DNA of 64,000 bases from Phoronis australis (Eukaryota; Animalia; Phoronida): assembly GCA_002633005.1 (NCBI GenBank), contig NMRA01000243.1, positions 326,280-390,279 on the forward strand, given 5' to 3'. Position 1 is the first letter of the stretch. Each line of letters begins with the position of its first letter. Below are positions 1 to 10,771 of this stretch, piece by piece. The notes below the pieces were generated by a model that saw only the letters and a list, made by a program, of their open reading frames with translations, did no database searches and was not told the DNA's origin. The position numbers were made by a program, and so were the translations under genes.

Positions 1-232
1 ATGCGCTGATTTTAAAGTTTGTACTCGTATTACAGTAATGTATATACATATATGTATATGATAAGACTTGATTTGATGGAGTAAAGACCGAATTGGGATT
101 TCATTTTATAGGCAGCTAAACAGGACGGAGTGCAGCTTTAAGTAATGTTGATTGCGTTCATGGCTCGTTTGTTTATTTCATTTTATTCACATTGTAGTGC
201 AGACTAACATTCTTGCTATTTTAACCCTACAG

Positions 233-284
233 GTGCTGAGGCAATGAAAAGGCTTCTGTCCTATAAAGGGAAAGACCCATACAG
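233..284 (+). CDS. DNAJC14: DNAJC14 exon ([16 protein letters not shown])
   Basis: ctacag|GT...ACAG|gtaata; start of J domain. Confidence 0.9.
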
Positions 285-3200
285 GTAATATCACAGTTAG
301 TATTGTGTGTCATTGAAGTGTTAACACCCATACAGTTAACATTACAGTTAGTGCTGTCTGTCATTGAAGTGTTTACTAACATAGACATTTCATAAATCAG
401 TAATGGTATTCACTTAACCCTTTTTGAGTAAAATTGATAGCATTATATATCAGTAACTAATACTTCAATATCACCTGGTGATAATTATCAAAAGTGCATA
501 ACGAAGCACTACTTTTAGATCAGTAAGCATTAAATCTCAACATGCCATTGCATTATTAACTAATGATGAAGTGAAATTGATGAAATTGCTAGATTGCAAG
601 TACGTGTTTTTCTTTTGTTCATCGATTTTTTATTTGCAATGGCATATCTTCGAAAATGGGCAAAGTGTGGCTGTATTGTTAATGGATGTGCAAAGTAATG
701 ATTGCAACCTAGCTGGAATTTGTAGTTGTGGAGTTGTGGACTCATCCAAGGGCAGTATTATACAATGAGAAATTATACCCTTAGCTACTACCTTATTTTA
801 AATTTTTGATTGTGATTTACACGTGTATCTTCTGTGGCTTGCGGGCATACCTGTTGTTTTTATGTGGTCAATAAATAGCAAGATTCACAGACTGAATAGA
901 ATTCATTGTTCTGAGTTAATGACTTCTAATGACTCGTATCTATATGTTAGTATGATGTTTTGCACGTTATTGGTGGGGTTGTTGTTGTTGTGTTGTTGTT
1001 GTGGTGGTGTAAAGAATCAATAATTATTCTGTAGCTTGTCCTTGCTTGTGGTGTAGTTGAATCAAGAATGTTCTGAATTCCTTTTCAGTATTCTTGGTTT
1101 ACGACACGACGCATCTGATGACGATATAAAGCGATACTATAAAAAGCAAGCGTTTCTTGTTCACCCTGATAAGGTGGGTCATTGTCTTCCAGTATGGTAG
1201 ACTCTGGTATATAGGGTCACGGCCTTATGTTCAAGTGCATCTTATATTCATGCATATATTTGGGATAATTGCAGATAAGGCCAAGCAAAAGCATAGTTGG
1301 TTCTGGTCTTTATCTCTATAAGGCCAAGCAAAAGCATACTACAAAAATGTCGCTCGCATCAATTTCAGCCAAGGTCCTGGGTTTTTTGGAATTCTGTACA
1401 AAGGCAAGTAAATGAGGGTAAGCAAGGTTTGAAACACCGTGCTTTGCCAAGTGATGAGTAAAAATTAAAAAATAAATTACATATCATTTTTGCTCGGTTC
1501 AGGTGAATTTTCTTTTTTGAAAAGGAAGCTTGATTTTCAAAAAAAATCATGATAACCAACTGTGTAATGTTTTTTGGCCTAATCTATTATACTTCTAAGG
1601 CCATGTCCTTCAGTGGCCATTACATGTAAAGGCGAATATCGTACTAATTTGAAATCAATATGAGCTTATCTTATCTAAGTTTCTTATCACATGCTGTGAC
1701 AGTTATGACTTGGAGTTTCACTCGCTGCAATCAAGCTTGAAGAATCGTGGTTATCGCAGCATACGAGTTGAGATTCAGTTGTGACTGTACAACCAGACTT
1801 GTTTTTACTCCCTGTAGAACCCTGAACCTGGAGCTGAGGAGGCCTTTAAGATTCTAGGACGTGCCTTCGAACTTATAGGTGACCCGGTAAGTCAGCATTA
1901 TGTTGGCAGTTGTTAGAGGTCTTCAAGGGCTGTGTGATGTGACATTGCGTCTGCACATCCGGAACTTACAGCTAGTGTGACTATTAAGTTGGGACATGCG
2001 TGCACTTTATTGTTTTGTGTCGATTTTTTGTTGAGAAATAGTACCAGTTAAGTAGTACGGTGAATTAATGGTCTCGACTTTCTTGGCCCACGAGACCACA
2101 CATCATCTTGCTTTAAACAAATATTTCATTTAATTAACAATATTTTTAAGTCCTGTGTTTTCTATTACCATGTCGTTGTTCTCACTTTTCCCTTGATTAG
2201 GCGTAATGGTGTAGATTGGTACCATTGTCACGAATATGTAGTTTAGGTATACAAACTAACGGTCCGAAGTTTTATGGTTTGCTCCACTTTCCATTGTGCT
2301 GCTCCCCAATGTTGGAGAAGAGGGAAGTCTGTTGTCTTGTTTCTTAGTTTCGTTGTGTCTTCTATTCCTGTCGTGTCATTTTGAAACCATTTCTTGGTCA
2401 TTTCATGGGCTCGTTTACTACTGTTCAGGTTAAACGCCAAGGGTACGATACTCAGCAATTCCAAGATAACGCCATGGATGAAAATTTGGTAAGTTTGATT
2501 TTGCACAACTATTTCCAGGTTTCTGTTTTCTGATGAAGTCCTATAAAATTTCAAAGTCGAATACATGTTTTTCGCAGCCACCTAGCATCTGAGTCCAAAT
2601 GTTCTTGAGACTTAGTTGTTAGAAGATTATCGAGTTTCGTTACAATTATATAACGTTGTTCAGGCATTCTGTATTCTCTTCGAACTGTTCAATGTTGGCG
2701 TTATTTGTGCTCTCATGATCTACAGGTGTTTACATCCTGAATGTGATCTACAGGTGTTTACATCCTGAATGTGATCTACAGGTGTTTACATCCTGAATGT
2801 GATCTACAGGTGTTTACATCCTGAATGTGATCTACAGGTGTTTACATCCTGAATGTGATCGATCCATTCTGTCAAATGTATATACTGCAGCCAGGAAGAT
2901 ATGCAGTTCGTGAGAAAAGAATTGTGTAGTAATAGCACTGTTAATGAGCACACCCTTGCAATATGTGAGGGAGGATGATTTAATTTGGTGTTATCCGTCC
3001 GTATGTTTAGATCAAGACCCCGCTATGTGTGATGGTGTTGCGCACCGCACGGCAGGTCACCGTAATTATTTCGAGTATGGTCTTTGCAGCGAGAGTTTAC
3101 AGATCTGCTTCAAAGGTTTCACGAAAAAATGGAGGAGGCAGCCAATCAGATGCGTTGTGATACGTGCGGTGGCAAGCATCGACGCCTCCGCACCGATCTC

Positions 3201-6200
3201 CCATGGTACAGCGCCCGCCGCTGTGACCGGTGTCAAACAAGACATTCGGCAAAAGAGGTCTGTAGTCGAGATCAGTTTCATCGTTTTATTCTTTATTGCG
3301 GCAAGTACTGACACATTAGCACTCTGACCTTTCTTGGGTTAGCAATCGCCGCAGTGGCTGGTGTCAAACTAGACACGACTAAAGAGGTTTGTTGTATATA
3401 GTTGAATAGAAATAGACTCATAGGGAAAACCTGGAAAACTGGACAAAAAGTTCTCATGGAAAATGAAAAACCCTCAGCTTTGCAAGCTCTATTACTTAGA
3501 GTTCATACAATACAAGCCAAGGTATTCCGAGAAAATGACGTGGAATTCCTTGTCATGCCACACATGCGAAAGCCAAATTTGTCGTCATAGTAGTCTTCCC
3601 TCTGGACTGAGAATTAGGGGGATTTACCTGGAAAGTTAATAAGGTGGAAAATGCATTTTGTAATTGGAATTATGTCGCCCTAATAGTTATTGCCAGTCAT
3701 TTTTGCTGATAACGGAATTGGGCGTCGTGACCAAGAAACGGTACTTTGATTGCCATTGACGTGCACGGGATCTGTATAAATGATTAAGTAGAACTCAAGA
3801 ATCTCCTGATGTTTGCTTCCAATGGTTTGTGCTTTCAACTGTTCACCTGTTATTCCCCTAACCATGCCAGACCCCTCAATTCTAAATGGACTCTTCCAGG
3901 GTGATATATGGGCTGAAACAAGTATGTTGGGCTTTCGCTGGAACTACTTCGCCTGCATGGACAATGAAGTATACGATATAACTGAACTCGCTGCTTGTCA
4001 GGTACCGAATCGTAGGCTGCCATGGTTATTGTGAGCATTGGCTCTTGTGTAAATGATTTTGCTTGTGCAGTGAATAATAATATTCCAGACCAGAGGTCAC
4101 ATTTTTGCCCAAATTTTACAGGTGTGGGGGGAGGGGATTTGCGTAGGGTCCTAAGCTGTAACTTAGTTGACCTTATAGATAATTTGACATTTATGAATAC
4201 ACTTTTCATTACATGGTAAATCCCAGGTGCACTTGCTGTGTTGTAATTCAACAAGAGATATATTTCAATTCGCAATAACAGGAGACTCGTTTTTTCTCTT
4301 AGCATTACTAACAATGAAAAGAGAGACGGTTGTTTCACTAGTGCCACTTAACGAATGTCTCATTGCATCACTTTGTACCTGAACGATCCTCTTGTTCTCC
4401 AGGTTGACAACTTCCGGCACGTCATGGCCAACTCACACTCTGTCTCTCTGCGAATGCAGACCAACAGTGGTAGACATCATCACAGTTCATCCAGATCCAG
4501 GTGGGTTGCAGTGTGCTCGTTCTCCAAGCCGCACTGTCCGAAACATTAAGTATGAAGTTAGACCATTATAAAACCAGCCTCGGCTTCAACGTTAGTCAGA
4601 TTATAAGTGACTTATGGGGTCTGTTTCATGAAAAGGGATGCAAGAAATTTACGCTCCCGCCTGACTATATCGTTGAATGAAGATTTAGCCTTCTAATTAT
4701 GAACACAATGTTACTCTAGTGAGCTGTAATTAATACTTTTCAGAAATACCATATTGCTGTACCTTTAGGCCCATGGGACTGTATCCGAAATGATGCCTTT
4801 TTCCGAAGTAATGCCTTTTTAAGGGCCTGTTTTCACCCAAGGGATTCGCATATTGGCACATGCGCCTAAGTTTTACATATAAGCCCAGCTAATGTCCCTT
4901 GCATAGGCCCATGCGTTAATTAGCATATAGGCGCGTCTGTTTTGACCACCACTTGCCTTCTAATCGCAATTTTTTGCATTTCCCTCTGTATCTATGAAGT
5001 TCCTTGACGTATTTTCAAGAAATTTGGCAAAATAGTTTAATTTGTATTACTGTATTGCCGCCTTTAGACCCATAGGCCTGTATCCGAATTGATGTTTTTT
5101 GCAGCCTTGTTTTACCCAAGTGGTTCTCATATTGGCACGTTTTGCATACAAGCGCATTTCCGCGCAGTTGCCCACTGACGTAATGGCGCGGCAATATGGT
5201 AGTTGTGTGGAGCGTGTGACTAAATTTCTGACTTAAGCCTTAAATTTCTTTTCGTGAAACAGACCTCTGAGCTTAGGAAGAACTGACAGACTGTTACTGC
5301 TAGAGGCAGGGGTGTGTGAATGAAATGGCCAGACAACTTGTAGTGACCTGGTGTGGATTGTTACTGTCTGCTGGAGGCAATGGTGTGTGCATGACGTGGC
5401 CAGACACTTCTAGCGCCTGGTCTTGCACCATGACACACTGCCAGTTCTTCTCAAGCACTTGAATCACTTCTTGTCTGCGAAATGAATAAGTCAAGATCTC
5501 TTTTGTCCCGGCTAGTCAGCAAAATCAAGTTCTTTAACTCTAGGAGGGTTGATCATCTTTAAAGGAGAAATCAATTATTGTTCTTGATGTTACGTTTGGT
5601 AAACATACAGGACACTGTTATCTTGGACATGCATTTTTTGTGTTAATTACTGTTTGCCTTTTGTCTATTTACTATCCGTGGAATAAAAGAAAATGACATT
5701 GACGGCTCGGCAAAGGACCTGCATACTGGCTCAGCAGTCACTTCGTTTAGGAAACATAATGTCCTACTTGTTGTTGAACACAGTCGTGTTTACTCAATGG
5801 AAGTGAATGCAGAGTCGAGATGTGGGTCTTGTGTTGGGACATTCACTTGGTTTTATCGTGTTCCAGGGATGGTACATACTTACCAAAGGTGCATTAATAA
5901 GCACAGAAAATTGTCTTGACTAGACAACCGGGGATCTGCATTTTTACTAAAATGATAACATCAAAGACGGTCCGTTTCCCCTTTAAGTAATCTGATCGTA
6001 GTTAATAACTGTTAGTAGGCCAAAGCAGAGTTTTGAATTGTCAAAGGTGATAACTTGCTGTACCAGTTTGAAAATTGGAATTTGCTTTCAGCGAAGCGGA
6101 ACTTCAAGACTTCATCAACAATTTGTTTCACAAGACCATGGACCCCAGTGCTTCCCATACTTCCCAGAAGAGTGCACCGCCTCACAACCAAAGCAGTCAC

Positions 6201-6242
6201 TCCACTTCAAAGAAGAAGCGTAAAAACAAGAAACGACACTGA
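233..6242 (+). CDS. DNAJC14: DnaJ homolog subfamily C member 14 (Jiv), 3' partial spliced CDS, 8 exons
   Basis: Exons 233-284, 1089-1173, 1818-1886, 2429-2488, 3090-3257, 3900-4001, 4403-4500, 6092-6242. All have AG/GT boundaries and compatible phases. The protein reads [45 protein letters not shown]...AEEAFKIL...[10 protein letters not shown]...[45 protein letters not shown]...[10 protein letters not shown], i.e. J domain (HPD) plus Jiv90 with two CxxC. The 5' exons are outside the window. Confidence 0.95.
1089..1173 (+). CDS. DNAJC14: DNAJC14 exon with HPD motif
   Basis: ttttcag|TATT...GATAAG|gtgggt; [28 protein letters not shown]. Confidence 0.95.
1818..1886 (+). CDS. DNAJC14: DNAJC14 exon (J-domain helix III)
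   Basis: ctgtag|AAC...CCG|gtaagt; [23 protein letters not shown]. Confidence 0.95.
2429..2488 (+). CDS. DNAJC14: DNAJC14 exon (J-domain helix IV)
   Basis: gttcag|GTT...TTG|gtaagt; [20 protein letters not shown] (KRxxYD motif). Confidence 0.9.
2716..2860. repeat. perfect 28-bp minisatellite, 5.2 copies
   Basis: tgatctacaggtgtttacatcctgaatg x5 head-to-tail with no spacers, in a DNAJC14 intron. Confidence 0.97.
3090..3257 (+). CDS. DNAJC14: DNAJC14 exon (Jiv90, two CxxC)
   Basis: ttgcag|CGA...GAG|gtctgt; [10 protein letters not shown]...[10 protein letters not shown]...[12 protein letters not shown]. Confidence 0.95.
3900..4001 (+). CDS. DNAJC14: DNAJC14 exon (Jiv90)
   Basis: ttccag|GGT...CAG|gtaccg; [34 protein letters not shown]. 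Confidence 0.95.
4403..4500 (+). CDS. DNAJC14: DNAJC14 exon
   Basis: ctccag|GTT...CCAG|gtgggt; [32 protein letters not shown]. Confidence 0.85.
4616..5267. mobile_element. non-autonomous DNA transposon (MITE), about 650 bp
   Basis: Terminal inverted repeats ggggtctgtttcatgaaaag ... cttttcgtgaaacagacctc; internal direct repeat (tattgc..cctttag.cccat.gg.ctgtatccgaa) at ~4752 and ~5054. Confidence 0.7.
6092..6242 (+). CDS. DNAJC14: DNAJC14 terminal coding exon
   Basis: tttcag|C GAA...CAC TGA; [12 protein letters not shown]...[10 protein letters not shown], resembling the LQDF motif and basic tail of DNAJC14. Confidence 0.88.
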
Positions 6243-6922
6243 ACAGAATGGATTTAGTCTGATAACCTGTCTTTTGGCGCTGATCATTCAAACATTACTA
6301 GTGTTAAGTATCATGAACTCTGCTCAAATTGTTTTGCTTATATTTTGTGCATTTAGGCAGCTTGTGATTTCGGTCAAATAGCACCAACAAAGGTTGAATC
6401 ACATGCTGCAGATGTGAAATATTTGTTCGACTCGAGAGGCACTGAATTTCGTTTCACTGTACACATATTATTTTGTGGTCACTAGGGGCTTTAAATTTTC
6501 TACCCATGTTCTAGTGACTGTTAAGTCGAACCTTAGTTTTTATTTTATCCTTGCATCATCATCTCGGCTCAAATGTCGATTAGTTGTGGATGCCAAATTG
6601 GCCATATTTTGCCCTTCACATTTCACGCGAACAGCAAGTCTCTCCTTGAACTGTGCTTCAGTTTTCTCATGTGAACTCTTGGTGTTATACCCGTTTTAAA
6701 GTATGCTAGGATTTATGAAGTCGGTATAAGTTCTAAATATGTGCTTCTATGTAACGTTTGTCTGCACAAAAAGCCTATATCTACACGCGATGTATAATGC
6801 CCAAATACAAATAGGATAATATATAAGGTAGTTTTATGTACATAGAAGAACCTGGATTTAAAAGTATCCTGCAATGTTTGTATTTTTAATAGTACTGTGT
6901 AATCGCTGCCTGGTTGAGTAAA

Positions 6923-6977
6923 AATAAATTACCACTTTTGTTTCCAATTATTCTGGGTCCGTACAAATTTGAATAAA
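6923..6977 (+). terminator. candidate polyadenylation signals of DNAJC14
   Basis: AATAAA at 6923-6928 and 6972-6977, about 0.7 kb after the stop codon. Confidence 0.45.
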
Positions 6978-8162
6978 ATGTGTAGGTTCGTCATACACCT
7001 CCCTACTGCAACTACAGATCAAACTTGCTTTCTTTGTCTTTTATCATTCACGGACATAAAAGGTGCATTCCTTTCGCCTGTAACAAAAACTTGTTCAGGG
7101 CACACTCCAATTTTTTAATGCTTCCCAACACACCAGTGGCAGGTGGGGGAGAATGCCTTACAACATCATCGGGATCTTTAGGCTTTCACTCATTGGGGCG
7201 TTCTCAAGTTGACCCTAACTTGTTCAATAGGATACCAAACGAACAATTTTGGCCAGTTGACAGATGCACAACTGATGAACTCCAATGAGGTACTGTTTGA
7301 GTGCCTGTTCTCTTTTGTTCAATAATTGCTTTGACTATTCTCTAAGATCTGGGCTGTGGTGTTGAAGATAAAAGATAAGCTATAAACTGTTTGAACATGA
7401 ACCAATAACAATATTCTGAATTTCTTGTCAAATACTGATCATGTTTAGTTTTTGCATCACCAAAATCGCCCAACTACAACCGGAAGTTAAGAGAACCTTT
7501 TCTGTCTGATAGCATAAGTTTTGGTAACTCCTTGAAGCCTGGTAGATAATTAGCCCGCATATTGTCATACCACACAAAATACTGCACTCGGCAGTTAACA
7601 AAGGAGCCAGATGTTAGCAGTTCAGAAACCGCATAGTCTCCTTACTCTCCTAAAGTCATTGAACAGGAGAAAGCTCTCTGACTAATGGACTCTTGAGCAC
7701 CTGGCTTGTTATTTTAGTTATGCTTTGTATCATTTCAAAGCTACAAGTTATCAAATTTGTACTCATCGTGTAAAGTTTTAGTATTAAATTCCAAGTAGGT
7801 GGTGCAACAAGTTCACAATTTTTAACCCTGTTCCTTCACCCACGCAACTGCTTATCAAGAAGATATTTTTCGAAACCCGCAAGACACGAAAGTAATATGC
7901 CCAAAGTATTTTCAGGCTAGGTGGTTCACATACCACATTAATAACGAGTGTATATGCAATTTTGACTGTTTATTCCGAGGAACGAGTCACGACTTCCCCA
8001 AATTGCTGAATTAAGTAGCAGCACTAAATAATCAAATCCCTATTTACCTTCCCACGGTGCTGTGCTATATACCAATCAAGCGTAAAACAAATAAACAGCA
8101 TGCTTGCAGAAACCTTAAAAAGTGGGTAATCCATGCGTCAATTACCTATGCCTCGTGCAGTT

Positions 8163-8264
8163 ATGGTCCGATATAACGTGCCCGAATTTTGAGAACCAGT
8201 TTTCTCCACTGAATAACGGCCATCAAACTGGTTCTCAAAATACGGGCACGTTAAACCAGACTAT
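8163..8264. mobile_element. about 100-bp palindromic MITE (tgagaaccagttt-core family)
   Basis: 40-bp inverted arms 8163-8202 and 8225-8264; related copies at 45936-46038 and 52651-52724. Confidence 0.75.
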
Positions 8265-9380
8265 TGCCCCTCGGGAATGCACTTACACACCAAACACAAG
8301 GTACTGTATTACAGATGTATGCACCGTTGTTTTCAGACTCGTCGAGTCTTGTGAAATCAGTTCCTGATTGTACAGTAGTCGGCATACTAAACTAAACGGA
8401 CTTCAGCAGAACCGTGTCAGTCTTTGTCTTACTGAATGCTCTTTGTATTAGAATTATTTAGCAGTCAGGCACCAAAGCATGGATCGATTCTGACGAAACT
8501 TATCCAGAATCGAAACGAATTGCTAATATAACGAAATGAGTATTGAGCCGCACTTTTGTGTGTCGAAACTTTGTTAAAATTCACCATTGTCCAGGCCAAC
8601 AGTTCACAAATAACGGACTCCAAGCTTTCCGTAACAACCCAAATTTTGTAAAACTCGAACAAAATAACACCTACATATTATAAAAATACGAAATAACTGT
8701 TAACAAATCCACCACCATCTCTCAATCAAAGCTGCTAGATCTGCTCTATGCCGGGGGACCACTTTCCACTATACAATTGGTCACCACTTGTACCTCACTT
8801 AGAGAAGTAGTTTCTATGCTTGGAAAGAACTGACAGTTTCTTAAATGGACATTCTCAACAAGTAATTTTGCAGAAATTGACAGTAATGGTCGAGAATCGA
8901 AACCACTAGCTCTGCAAATAGTAGTTGAATGCTCTGCGCCGAACATAATCCCACATGGTAGATAGCAGAGTATTTTATGGCAAAGTCAGTGGAATTGATT
9001 TCAGCAAATGTGAGGCAAACAACGGCGACAATTGGCGATAAAATCACCACAACAACAAATTTTGTTATTCTATAACTCACCCAACAATAACCCCAAAAAT
9101 ATGTTTCAGGCTGTAGAAAAGAAGCTTTTAATTGTCTATTTCTCGACACAATGGCTACAACACATACCCCGTGATGATAAACCAACTTGTAGCATTTGGT
9201 CTCCAGTAATAACCAACTATAAGTTCTTTCCAAGCCATGAAATCGCCCTTAGTTTGAATAACAACACTTGGTCTAAATCGCGATATTTTTAAGCAAGCAA
9301 GGCATATTGCAGCCTTAAGAAAATGCGGTTCAAATAAACACGAAATTATGGATTTCCTATCGAATAACGAAGAACCAGTT

Positions 9381-9619
9381 TATGCGCGCAACCAGCCTAA
9401 AAATGACGGGCTCAAATTTTTGAGAATGTGGACCTTTTCTAAAATTCACAGGGTACGTTCAGAGCTATCAATTAGGTATTCGCTGAATTTTTGTAGTTCC
9501 TGCTTTTTAGTGGACTTTTTACTCATCTCCTTTTTTCGGTGTTTTTGTTTCTCTGAGGTGGACTTTTATGCCCACTTCGCCAAACTTTGTTTGAGCCCCC
9601 CCTCCTGGGTGCACGCATG
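9381..9619. mobile_element. hAT-like MITE with 5-bp TSD (cagtt)
   Basis: Termini tatgcgcgca...gtgcacgcatg, flanked by cagtt on both sides; homologous to 14394-14637. Confidence 0.8.
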
Positions 9620-10098
9620 CAGTTGCACTGGTCATTCTGAATCCTAAAGAACAACATCCGTACAAGAGATGGCAAAATTATTTCCATGCCTTCAATTATA
9701 CTACAAAGTATCCACTAGATTCCTAGAGTAACACAGTGACGAACCTGTTCTCCATAACACAATGACATCAATAATATTCACAAGCCATTAGATAAAATAG
9801 TACACCCAGTTGATGGCAGTTTAGTCTATATGTCATTTTAAATGCATTCGACAAATACACTGCCACTAATTTAATGCGACACATTAATTATATTTAGAGA
9901 TAATTATACCACCAACTAAAGCTCACCATTGAGATTGTGTCGTAGTTTCACTACTGGAATGTTCCGAGTGACAGGTGACTAAAGCAGGCACACTACCTTT
10001 ATTAAGTAGACGAAGACACGTCCTGACATGTCTGCCCACTCCCACCCATCAGCAACCCAGACGTGTTGCCCACCCCATCTCAGATCCACCAACTCTTC

Positions 10099-10771
10099 TC
10101 ATCTAGCACCCACAGGTTCATCCTCCTCAGTCAAATCTTCCTCTCCTACCTCATGATCTTCATCAACATTCCCCGCTCTACCGTTGTTGTCCCTCTTCTC
10201 ATCCAAATCCTCCTCATCATCAAACTTGTCTTCATTCAACTCTATCGTCACAGTCCCACTCTCCTTTTGGCCCAATGTACTGCTACCACCCTGTCGCCGG
10301 CCATCACCGACCCCTGCAGAAGTAGTAGAGCCACCTCGTCTCTCTACCCCAACCTCTGACCCAATGTTCCCATTTTTCCCACCCAACTCTCCACCAGTAT
10401 TTCCTGGTGTCACCACCACACTGTTACTCCCATTATCCCCCTGCTCTTTTGACTCAGTGCTGACCACTGACTGCTGCACTACTGTGCTGTTACCTTGACG
10501 TTGCTCCTTTATCCCCTGATGTTTCGCCTGTTGTTGTTGCTGATCTTGTTGCTGTTCTTGACTCTCTTGTTTTTCAAGGTCATGTCCCTGCTGGACCTGC
10601 CCCTGTTGCTCTACTTGTTGTTGCCCCTGTTCTTGCTGACTCTGCTGCTGCTGTTGCTGAGGTGGTTGTTGCCCCTGTTGTTGTATTTGTTGTTGTTGCC
10701 AGTTTGTCTGCAGCTTTTGTTGCATCACATAGCCCAAACTATCCGCAACGTCCCTCTTTGTTATGCTGTGC
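10099..10771 (-). CDS. GOLM-like terminal exon (Q-rich, then acidic)
   Basis: Long open frame QQQQIQQQGQQPP...EDKFDDEEDLDEK...EDEPVGAR*; phase-2 acceptor uncertain (10792, 10771 or 10738). Confidence 0.8.

Noticed and set aside
2716-2860. 28-bp repeat array resembling CRISPR repeat length
   Set aside because: Units are head-to-tail with no spacers, there are no cas genes, and it lies in a eukaryotic intron
8885-8945. tRNA-like A/B-box sequence on the minus strand (ggcgcagagc...gtttcgattctc)
   Set aside because: No complete cloverleaf; at most a decayed tRNA-derived SINE head
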